Assembly (NCBI GenBank): GCA_963787835.1
Contig: CAWBEI010000005.1
Coordinates: 128,001-192,000 of the forward strand
Direction of reading: 5' to 3'
Length of the DNA: 64,000 bases
Source of the DNA: Ignavibacteriota bacterium
GTDB lineage: Bacteria; Bacteroidota; Ignavibacteria; Palsa-1295
The notes below the pieces were generated by a model, which was given only the letters and a program-made list of their open reading frames with translations, searched no databases and had not been told where the DNA came from. A program made the position numbers and the translations under genes. Shown piece by piece: positions 55,961 through 64,000 of this stretch (positions are counted from its first letter, which is position 1; each line of letters opens with the position of its first letter).

Positions 55961-57664
55961 ATGAGAAAGATTATCACGATAGCGTTCTTACTTCTTACGA
56001 GCACCATTGCTGATGCTCAGTGGGAGATGCAACCGGCAGGGAATTGGTGGATAGACGGACCTAATGGAGCTCTTTTGATTCTTGCGCCAATCGGTTCTAA
56101 CGTTGTAAATGGAACGTTCATAATCACTAGCTCAGATTGTTATGGCGGTCCTTTAGACACAACAACTTGGCATGTAGAATTTCTACAAGACTCTATATCC
56201 GGAAATGGCTTTATCCCAGAGGTTGTAAAAACGCATGAGTTGAATCTCACGCAAAGCGATTGTAGCTTTACATATAATTTTAAATATCAGCCAAAGAATT
56301 ATGATGACACGTCAGTTATTACCATTAGTACTTATCCCGCGCAAATGACACCGCCAGGAATCGGGTTTGCAGTAATGGGCATTAGTTACGTTGCTGCTTC
56401 TCAGGAATATTCTCTTAGTCGTTCTGATTTCGACACCCTTCCTCCGGGAGATACGGAGATAGCAATTCTTCGACTTTTCAATCAAACCCCTGATACTGAG
56501 TTAGTCACCGCTTCATTCTCAAAAGGAGTCGATTTTAATTTTTTAGATTTGGTTAACTTTCCTGTAATAATCCCTCCTGGCGATACTCTTCCACCAATTC
56601 AGGTGGTTTATCGCGCAAATGCGCTTAGGCCGTATTCAACCGATTCACTTCATATTTCCATACAAAGAATACGGGAGGGATCTGATTACAAATCTGCAAT
56701 TTTGTTTGGAAATTTATTGACAGGCGGATGTAATGCGAAATATTACGAATTGAGTAAGACGCAATTTGGCTACATTGCTGCAATAGACTCTTCCACTGCG
56801 ACGTTGAGGCTTTTCAATGCAACGGCAGATACCGAGAGCGTATTGCTTGCCTTCACGCCACAAGGCGATTTCGAAGCTTGGGAAGGAATTGGTTCGCCCA
56901 TCATAATACCCCCTTATGACTCTAGTACGGCTATACCAATCACGATGCATGTGTCTATAAATCGGAAGGCGATTCAAGATACGTTGGTCATCAATGCCAA
57001 ATGGATTGGAAATGGAGCAGAGGACTTGAACCTCAAATTTAGCAATGTATTATCCGGAGGTTGTTCTGATCTCAGATTTAGGCTCGATAGCGAATCAAAA
57101 AGCATTTATGCAACCCTTGGGGAGGAGGCACGGGGTTATATTATGGTTTACAACCTCTCAAAAGATACCATTACCCTTCAAGCGGAGTTAAACCCATCGG
57201 GGTGTTGGTGTACCTATCTCTATTTTTTCAGTTATCAGCGTCAGTTTCAAATACCACCACTCGATAGTTCTCAAGATACTGTCTATCTGATGCCATTTGC
57301 CCCACCAGGAGTCTGGTTAGCTCAAATGGCTTACATCGATAACTACGGCAACGGCCAGTCTGATATTGATAGTGAGGATTTTGTTGGGACTGTAGCTGTG
57401 GATGGAGTAACCTTATCCGTTAGAGATTCACTTTCGATTTATCCAAATCCATCCGGCAATGAGTTTCGGATTCAAGGAATGACAAACGGATCATTCTTTG
57501 TCATTTACAATGTGCTAGGAAACCCGGTCTTTCAATCCAAGAGAGCTCAAGACGTTTGGAATGGAGAAGATAATTCCGGGGAACTTTGCAGATCAGGGCA
57601 ATATTTTGCTGTAATTATTACAGATGGGAATCGTACCGTTATACCGATTCTATTTACGAGATAG
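55961..57664 (+). CDS. Secreted protein with tandem Ig-like (ASH/Hydin-like) repeats and T9SS sorting domain
   Basis: Signal peptide; repeated Y.LS...F......LRLFN.T.DTE...IIPP.D; IYPNP...IYNVLG..WNG...SG.YF CTD. Confidence 0.8.
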   Translation: MRKIITIAFLLLTSTIADAQWEMQPAGNWWIDGPNGALLILAPIGSNVVNGTFIITSSDCYGGPLDTTTWHVEFLQDSISGNGFIPEVVKTHELNLTQSDCSFTYNFKYQPKNYDDTSVITISTYPAQMTPPGIGFAVMGISYVAASQEYSLSRSDFDTLPPGDTEIAILRLFNQTPDTELVTASFSKGVDFNFLDLVNFPVIIPPGDTLPPIQVVYRANALRPYSTDSLHISIQRIREGSDYKSAILFGNLLTGGCNAKYYELSKTQFGYIAAIDSSTATLRLFNATADTESVLLAFTPQGDFEAWEGIGSPIIIPPYDSSTAIPITMHVSINRKAIQDTLVINAKWIGNGAEDLNLKFSNVLSGGCSDLRFRLDSESKSIYATLGEEARGYIMVYNLSKDTITLQAELNPSGCWCTYLYFFSYQRQFQIPPLDSSQDTVYLMPFAPPGVWLAQMAYIDNYGNGQSDIDSEDFVGTVAVDGVTLSVRDSLSIYPNPSGNEFRIQGMTNGSFFVIYNVLGNPVFQSKRAQDVWNGEDNSGELCRSGQYFAVIITDGNRTVIPILFTR

Positions 57665-57671
57665 TACCTAT

Positions 57672-58157
57672 TCAACGAATTCCAACCCACACTTCCACCA
57701 TCGCATTCTGCGGATCAGCGGCACGTTCGTCATAAACCTCGAAATCGGCAAGGAATGCTCGCTCGCCGCCCATATCGGAAGCGGGTGTTGACCAGATTTT
57801 CTGCCATACTTTCGGCACCACTTTCCACACCGGGCCATTTTCAGAAGTGAAGACTGCATAACGCGTATCGGGAATTTCTTTTGCAATCATTCCTTCTGGG
57901 ATCGAAGCAACGGACGTAACTTTTGTACCGATAAGGAATGTGTATTCGCCATTCGCATCGGATTCGTAATCGGTGCACATTGCGAGGATGTTGGCGTCGG
58001 CACGATTGGGAATTTGCTCGATGATACTACCCGCCATTACACGTTCCCACTGATCGGCAATAACGCCTTCGCCAGACAACTCCTTCGCGTTCGTAGTGCG
58101 TGTGGGAATGCCGATGAATAAAAATCCCGGTTGATCTACCAATTTGTGGTTATTCAT
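57672..58157 (-). CDS. GyrI-like small-molecule-binding protein
   Basis: GI..RTTN, TDYESD..GEY, YAVF, W.KIW, R...ADFEVYD. Confidence 0.88.
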   Translation of the reverse strand: MNNHKLVDQPGFLFIGIPTRTTNAKELSGEGVIADQWERVMAGSIIEQIPNRADANILAMCTDYESDANGEYTFLIGTKVTSVASIPEGMIAKEIPDTRYAVFTSENGPVWKVVPKVWQKIWSTPASDMGGERAFLADFEVYDERAADPQNAMVEVWVGIR

Positions 58158-58163
58158 ATAATG

Positions 58164-58910
58164 TTATCCGTTTGATTCAGTCATTATTTCCGCATATACC
58201 GCCGCCGCGCCGATCACATGTGTATAGAGATGCGGATTCAACTCAACAACGGCAGTGGCCTCTGGGGTGAACCCGCAGATGGGTTGAAAATCTGAAATGG
58301 ATATTCGACGTGAGGTTGTAAGAGGCCCAAGATCAATATTTTCGAAATGGTCGAGATCACTGCCGCTTAATAAAATCTCTAAAGCATGGAAATCCGGAAA
58401 AATATGGTTCCGTTCATCGGCAGTCTTTGCCAGAAATTCCTTCAAAGAACGCGCACTTGCGTAGGCCTGAAGTTCCACTCCGGATCTTTTAACGAAGAGC
58501 AGTCCGCCGAGATCAGCCTGAAGGATAGCGGAGTTAACGCTTCCTGCCAGCCGTAAAATCTCATTAAAAGCAGCCAGTGGATTGATCCCGGAAATGCTGT
58601 TATTTATACATTGCATAAGCACAAGGCCACCTATTGATCCTGAAATCAATCTTTTATCCATTCTTTCACGAAGTGGTAGCGGAAAATGGATCGCAACTTC
58701 CTCAGAAAGCTCATCCGGTGTCAGGGTGTCGGGGGAGAGGTAGAAGATATCATGGCTGGGATCGAAAGACTGAACGATAATATCCGGCGTGTTTTCGACA
58801 GGGCCTATTGCCGTAACCTGTCCATGTTCAACTTCAAACAATAGCGAACCCGGCCGCACAGCATTTTGTGCATCCACGTCTATATTAGTACCGACGATAA
58901 ATCTCATCAA
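58164..58910 (-). CDS. Hypothetical protein
   Basis: 248-aa ORF co-oriented and tightly packed with neighbours. Confidence 0.6.
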   Translation of the reverse strand: MMRFIVGTNIDVDAQNAVRPGSLLFEVEHGQVTAIGPVENTPDIIVQSFDPSHDIFYLSPDTLTPDELSEEVAIHFPLPLRERMDKRLISGSIGGLVLMQCINNSISGINPLAAFNEILRLAGSVNSAILQADLGGLLFVKRSGVELQAYASARSLKEFLAKTADERNHIFPDFHALEILLSGSDLDHFENIDLGPLTTSRRISISDFQPICGFTPEATAVVELNPHLYTHVIGAAAVYAEIMTESNG

Positions 58911-58928
58911 ATGAAATAAAAAAGGAGC

Positions 58929-59651
58929 TTAAAATCTCCAAACAAAATTTGCGACCGGAGCGAGCAGCGGGAGCGTAAAGAACATAAACCCAAAATCGGA
59001 AGAGAAATTTTGGCTTTCCAGCCGGAGTGCGCCAAGAACGGCAAACGCAGTCGGCTGGGTGAGATCATGGCTCCAGGCTTCAGCTACGAACCGTACATTC
59101 TTATTGTTTGACAGAGGGGTATCGAATCCAATCCCTGCGCCCAGCCCGCCGGTATAGTTGAATGTAAAGGCTCCGTACGGCACTACATTCACAGTGACAA
59201 GCGTAGTATTCGATCCCTGAAGTGTGTTACCATAAATTTTGTAAAAAAGCAGCCCGGTAAATCTTGTTTGGTTAGGCAGTTCATACGTCAGCGAGCCGAA
59301 GAGGTGGAGCAGGGTATTATCCGTCGTGAGCCAAAGGGAATTAAGCCCGGTCGCAATCGAAAGACCCTGATCGTCATAAAGCGTAAGCTTGGCCTGTAAA
59401 TACCCGAACTGAGAGTGGACAGATACGGTGGGCATAACGGTAAACCCACCACTGACGGATAGCACATCGCCGAAGCCATAGCCTCCGGTTAAAAAAGCAA
59501 GTTCCCAAAAGCCGAAATAACCGCCTTCGATCGGCTTACCCGTCGGCATAATAAAATGACGGTAGCCATCGACGACGGAATCGTCTTGTGCCACAGAGCG
59601 AGCAGGAGCGATGAGCGAGAGAAGAGGAATAATTAAAAAAAGTCGTCTCAT
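58929..59651 (-). CDS. Exported hypothetical protein, probable beta-barrel
   Basis: Signal peptide MRRLFLIIP; F.MPTG motif; C-terminal aromatic VWRF. Confidence 0.7.
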   Translation of the reverse strand: MRRLFLIIPLLSLIAPARSVAQDDSVVDGYRHFIMPTGKPIEGGYFGFWELAFLTGGYGFGDVLSVSGGFTVMPTVSVHSQFGYLQAKLTLYDDQGLSIATGLNSLWLTTDNTLLHLFGSLTYELPNQTRFTGLLFYKIYGNTLQGSNTTLVTVNVVPYGAFTFNYTGGLGAGIGFDTPLSNNKNVRFVAEAWSHDLTQPTAFAVLGALRLESQNFSSDFGFMFFTLPLLAPVANFVWRF

Positions 59652-59725
59652 ATCATACAAAATTACAACGATTGACGAACTCTGTTAAGAATTGTGGTCG
59701 GAAGTGTTAGAAGATTGGAAATTCA

Positions 59726-61975
59726 TCACAGCATTCCCAGACGCTTCCTGATGAACCATTCTGTGCCAAAACAAACGATAGCCAGTGCGAGCAATGGCCA
59801 ACTGTTCCAGAGTTCAAAATCACTTGTATTCGTGACTTCGCGCGCCTGGAATCTCGGGTTAGAATAAATGTCTTTCATGAGACTGGCAGCCGTTTCTGGA
59901 GTATAAAACTTTCCGCCCGTACGTTCCGCCATGGCACGAAGGATGTCACTTCGCATTCTCGGTTCTGCTAATTCGATATTAAAATCACCCACGTTAAATC
60001 TTCCATCGTCATTTCCAAGTTCACTACCGTTTAAAGAAGCAGTTCCCTTAAACGTATAATCACCTTTTGGAAGTCCGTCTGGGATCGCAGCGGTATATCG
60101 TCCGTTGCCGGTAGACTCCAATGTCAGTTCAACGGGTTTTGGCATTGCAGAACCAACAATATGCACGGAGACGTCTGCATGTTCCACCGGTTCCATGCTT
60201 TCATCATACACTTCTCCCAAGAACTCGATGCGCTCACCGGCCTGATAAAATTTTTGATTTGGTTCTATCTTTACTCGCTTGTTATTTTCTTGTGTCGTTA
60301 ACCAGCGGACTGAATTGGCCAGAAAGAGATCGAGTGCGCTTAGCATGGGCTTTGTGGTATCTGTGTTACCATGATAGGTCTCTTCCCGACCAAATGTTGT
60401 GAGTTTCCATTGCCAGATACCGTAGCCGGTGAGAACAACCTGCCGAGCTGCGCCGATCGTGCGGGTGACGAGCAGAGGCTCGTTCATCTTCACCCCCTGC
60501 ACATTGGAAGTAGCAAGTATTCGGCTCTCAGGCAGGGTTTCGAAATGGGTTTCGGTTTTAAAGAGCGGAGCGAGGCCGTCCCAGGAAATGGCGCCGCGCT
60601 GATCGGGAGGGATTCGAAGCAAAGGATCCTCAATTGAGGAAGGCGAAACATTCAAGGATGCTTTTAACTCGGCTTGCGATGCGGATCGTGTATTGGCGTG
60701 TATCGGGATCGCATCTCCAAGTTCAGCGAGTTTGACCAGATCGAGTTGGCGCGATGGGATAAATAATAATGAGCGTCCTTCGCGCATGAGAAGTTCCCGG
60801 ACAAGCGAGAGAGATTCATCAGAGGTCGATGCTATCGGGAACCCGACCATCACAACGAGATCGACCTGTCCTAATTTATCTCGCGTAGGTGCGCCTTCAT
60901 AAAATGACGAGCCTTGTTTCTGAATATAGGTCGAAAGTTGCAGGGTTGGATTCGCTGAAAAGAACTGCTGTAAAAAACTCACGTCGCTCGAGGGTGCGCC
61001 TGCGAACAGCACAACATGAAATTTGTTTCGAAGCACCTTCACATAGGTGATTCGGAGATTATTCTTATCGGTTGCTTCACCGGGCAATTCTGTGACGCGG
61101 GCAGTCAGTTTTTTTGTACCCTCCGACTTTGGAGTGTACTGAAAGCTGACAGCTTCATCGCCTGTTGGTTGTGAAAGCTCAAGGTTTTTTTCATCCAGCT
61201 TTTGATCTTCTTCAAAGAGCTGAACTGTAATATGCTCTCCGGGATTTATGCCGCTATAATGGATCGTCACATCGACAGGCTGTTCCGCGCCGACCGTCGC
61301 AACCTCATTGGTGAATAGCTCCGCAACAGCGACATCGCGGGGTTCGGTAGAATCACCCAATCCAACTGCATAGACAGGGATCCCAAGCTCTTGTGAGGGA
61401 TAGATCGGGTTATCTCCCGAAGTAAAAGCACCATCGGTATAGAGCACGATCGCTTCTGTATTTGATGTCTTCCTCAGATCACTTATGGAACGAAACGCGC
61501 TGGCAAGATCGGTTGAACTCGCTTGAGCGTGAATACTATCTATCGGAGTTCGATTCGGAAACGGAATGGTCTGATCGCCGACAGTAAAGAGCTTGGCCTT
61601 ATTTTGATTATTCAGAAGGTCAGCGGGGATTACTTGATGGATGCTTCGGAGCATGACGGTGCTTCTGGTCTCCAGACCTGAGTTCAAAGCGAAGCCTTTT
61701 TCAGGGAGCGTCATGGACTGCGAGTTATCCATGACAAGCGCAATCGAGGGTGTGATCTGTTCCGATGTTACCGTGCTAAGTATCGGTTGAAAGATCGCAA
61801 AAAGAAGCGCGGCTATCCCAACGCTCCGTAAACTGATGAGAATATTCCTTCGACCACGAGTTGTTCTGGGAACAGTGTTCCGGTAAGACCAAACTGCGAG
61901 CAGTACGCTCATCAGCATTATGCCGGCCAACACCCAAAAGGAGCCGGCGGCCAGTTCGAGAGAAATTCTTAGCAA
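59726..61975 (-). CDS. Membrane-anchored vWA/Ig-like/GATase-like domain protein
   Basis: N-terminal TMs, DNSQSM MIDAS-like motif, TDG, C-terminal EWFIRKR.G. Confidence 0.78.
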   Translation of the reverse strand: MLRISLELAAGSFWVLAGIMLMSVLLAVWSYRNTVPRTTRGRRNILISLRSVGIAALLFAIFQPILSTVTSEQITPSIALVMDNSQSMTLPEKGFALNSGLETRSTVMLRSIHQVIPADLLNNQNKAKLFTVGDQTIPFPNRTPIDSIHAQASSTDLASAFRSISDLRKTSNTEAIVLYTDGAFTSGDNPIYPSQELGIPVYAVGLGDSTEPRDVAVAELFTNEVATVGAEQPVDVTIHYSGINPGEHITVQLFEEDQKLDEKNLELSQPTGDEAVSFQYTPKSEGTKKLTARVTELPGEATDKNNLRITYVKVLRNKFHVVLFAGAPSSDVSFLQQFFSANPTLQLSTYIQKQGSSFYEGAPTRDKLGQVDLVVMVGFPIASTSDESLSLVRELLMREGRSLLFIPSRQLDLVKLAELGDAIPIHANTRSASQAELKASLNVSPSSIEDPLLRIPPDQRGAISWDGLAPLFKTETHFETLPESRILATSNVQGVKMNEPLLVTRTIGAARQVVLTGYGIWQWKLTTFGREETYHGNTDTTKPMLSALDLFLANSVRWLTTQENNKRVKIEPNQKFYQAGERIEFLGEVYDESMEPVEHADVSVHIVGSAMPKPVELTLESTGNGRYTAAIPDGLPKGDYTFKGTASLNGSELGNDDGRFNVGDFNIELAEPRMRSDILRAMAERTGGKFYTPETAASLMKDIYSNPRFQAREVTNTSDFELWNSWPLLALAIVCFGTEWFIRKRLGML

Positions 61976-62048
61976 GTAGTGGATATGAAATAACGGAAAG
62001 TGGATAAGACGAAGATAATAGAACGAGCTATCTATTTACGCTTATCCG

Positions 62049-62639
62049 CTATTTTAAAAGCCATTCGAGCTTTTTCGAACGGAGCATTTCCGGCGAAAGT
62101 TGCGGCACGTCATACATTCCTTGCTCATTTCTTTGCCGAAATGCTTCGAAAAGACTAACGGCCGCTGCAACAGAGACGTTAAGGCTCTCTGCCATTCCCA
62201 TCATTGGGATATAAATTTGCTCATCCGCCAGTGCAGCCGCCTCATTAGAGATCCCTCGATGCTCATTACCGAGAACAAATGCGGTTGGGAAGCAAAAGTC
62301 ATGTTCATACAGTGATGCGGCATTTGGTGAGATTCTTGTGGCAAGAATACGAAACCCATCGGCATGCAATTGTGAGAAGCACGAAGCTACAGAATCGTGA
62401 CGCATGAATTCCAGCCATTTATGAGCGCCGCTGGAGGCGGGGTTATCTATATCTGGGAATTGTTCTATGGTATAAAGCAAATGAACCCTAAGCACCCCAG
62501 CAGCATCACATGATCGCAGTATGGCACTCACATTGTGTGGATCGTGAATATTTTCCAGCACGACCGTCAGAGTTGGCTGGCGACGAGCAAGTGCATGTTC
62601 GATCTTTTCGGTTCGTTCCGGTGATTTGATCTCATCCAT
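62049..62639 (-). CDS. trmH: tRNA (guanosine-2'-O)-methyltransferase, TrmH family
   Basis: ENIHDPHNVSAILRSCDA, GNEHRG, IPMMG..ESLNVSVA. Confidence 0.9.
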   Translation of the reverse strand: MDEIKSPERTEKIEHALARRQPTLTVVLENIHDPHNVSAILRSCDAAGVLRVHLLYTIEQFPDIDNPASSGAHKWLEFMRHDSVASCFSQLHADGFRILATRISPNAASLYEHDFCFPTAFVLGNEHRGISNEAAALADEQIYIPMMGMAESLNVSVAAAVSLFEAFRQRNEQGMYDVPQLSPEMLRSKKLEWLLK

Positions 62640-62642
62640 GAC

Positions 62643-63458
62643 TTAGACCCTGTCGAGAAATTCTGTAAGCGCAGCGGCCCATTCTTGTGGTTTTTCGACT
62701 GCAGATAGGTGCGCAGCCCCTTCGATCTCAACGAAGGATGAATTCGGGATAGCACTGGCCATTTTTCGTAACGATGTTGTTCGCGTTACTCGGTCCTGAT
62801 CGCTGGCAATGACGAGTGTTGGAACAGTGATGCATGGAAGAGTGTCGCGTGAATCGATCCGATCCGCCATTGCCTTAAGCGCAGCGGCAATAGCCGCAGG
62901 ATCTGATTCAAGAATCCAGTTGCGAATCTCTTCGGCTATTTCCGCGTCCGTTGTTTGTGTAACGAAATTAGGATAGACCCTTTCAATGGCAGCGACTGGC
63001 CCGCGTGCAAGAGCGTCATCGGCAAATTCAGCCCGGTTCAACAGCTCCTTTAAAGAATCAGCTTCGGCACGGGTATTAGAAAGAACCATGCCACGAATAA
63101 TATCTGAATTCATGTGATAGAACTCCAAGGCCGCATATCCACCCATGCTCAATCCAGCGAGAACGATCGGCTTGCGTGTGTGATGCTCAATAATTCCACG
63201 AAGCTCAATACCGAGTGAGGAGAAATCCCACTGTGGTCGCGAAGCAGATCTCCCGAAGCCGGGAAAGTCAATGAGGATGAAGGCGGTATCCGCTCGCAGC
63301 GATTGAAAATGTTCCGTCATGCCAAGCCACATCTCACTCGAAAATGGGAACGCATGAAGTAACACCACCACATGTTTCGTTGCAGCGGTAGTAGGCAAGA
63401 ATCGCGAATTCAGTGCCAAGGAAGGATTTTGGAAATTAGGAATGGAGAATCCACTCAT
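62643..63458 (-). CDS. Alpha/beta hydrolase (PcaD-like)
   Basis: LHAFP, GFG.S, GLSMGG nucleophile elbow, D...H. Confidence 0.9.
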   Translation of the reverse strand: MSGFSIPNFQNPSLALNSRFLPTTAATKHVVVLLHAFPFSSEMWLGMTEHFQSLRADTAFILIDFPGFGRSASRPQWDFSSLGIELRGIIEHHTRKPIVLAGLSMGGYAALEFYHMNSDIIRGMVLSNTRAEADSLKELLNRAEFADDALARGPVAAIERVYPNFVTQTTDAEIAEEIRNWILESDPAAIAAALKAMADRIDSRDTLPCITVPTLVIASDQDRVTRTTSLRKMASAIPNSSFVEIEGAAHLSAVEKPQEWAAALTEFLDRV

Positions 63459-63495
63459 AATGTCGAAAATCTTTCGAAATCAGCTAAAACTAAAG

Positions 63496-63999
63496 TTAGC
63501 TGCTGAATTGCGTACTGACGATCGTTAATTGGCTTGGATATTTTAGGCTGCCAATGGGCGTGGACATCGTCGGCTGTGCCTTAAGCTGGACCTGGGAAAC
63601 ACCACCATTCCCAGACATTGCGAGTGCAAGTTTGACGATCTGGTCATAGCCCTGATTCACAAAAAACTGTTTAAGATCGATCGTAACAGAAAGAGGGATC
63701 ATCGTAGTCATCCCGCCTGCCGGTACTCCAACGGGGGCGCCGATGTCGCCGGAAATCGTCTGCTGACCGTTCAGGAAAAGTGTCCAGGGGAAGGCCGTTA
63801 CCTGAAGTGAACTCAGTGCCGAAGAACCCGTCGAAGGATTTGGATTCTTTGCGGCCACATCCAACGTAAACGTAAGCGGGAAATGGCCACTTGCAAAGGC
63901 GGCAGTGAGATTGATGCCATCCATAATGCTAAAATCGGAGACATTGTGTTTGTTTGTGATGTCAATGCCGCAAAGCTGAACATGCTGCACGTCATTGAG
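63496..63999 (-). CDS. LEA type 2 / WHy domain protein (3' part; start outside window)
   Basis: L.V...NPN...W.L.LNG...G...VP..G pattern; frame open to window edge. Confidence 0.7.
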   Translation of the reverse strand, partial: LNDVQHVQLCGIDITNKHNVSDFSIMDGINLTAAFASGHFPLTFTLDVAAKNPNPSTGSSALSSLQVTAFPWTLFLNGQQTISGDIGAPVGVPAGGMTTMIPLSVTIDLKQFFVNQGYDQIVKLALAMSGNGGVSQVQLKAQPTMSTPIGSLKYPSQLTIVSTQFSS

Positions 64000-64000
64000 C

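Overview
64 kb of a bacterial chromosome, most likely FCB-group (Bacteroidota/Kapabacteria-like). This is inferred from T9SS-type C-terminal sorting domains, a Bacteroidota-type bS22 small ORF, TAnnTTTG promoter elements and the ExbB N-terminus style. The core backbone includes dnaG, tRNA-Leu(TAA), a por-type 2-oxoacid oxidoreductase operon, prmC, rpoN, yajQ, HU/IHF, asnB, hsp20, hemA-ccsA, acs, an ABC transporter, rpsO-pnp and trmH. Accessory blocks are: (i) a LuxR-headed locus at 4.3-7.9 kb encoding a 574-aa protein with about 37 Cys and a phospholipase-A2-like CCxxHD motif; (ii) a defence block at 20.9-24.8 kb with two repeat-bounded MazF/PemK TA cassettes, one interrupted by an 18-bp hairpin carrying an in-frame TAG, plus a type II R-M pair; (iii) two further TA pairs and two T9SS cargo genes. 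The most striking unexplained structure is a three-copy, about 200-270-bp non-coding element with its own TATATT -10 box, a fixed order of conserved blocks (including two boxA-like motifs) and variable heptamer-repeat inserts. Each copy lies in sense orientation in front of a downstream gene at an accessory/core boundary. All calls come from reading the sequence by eye; no database searches were run.
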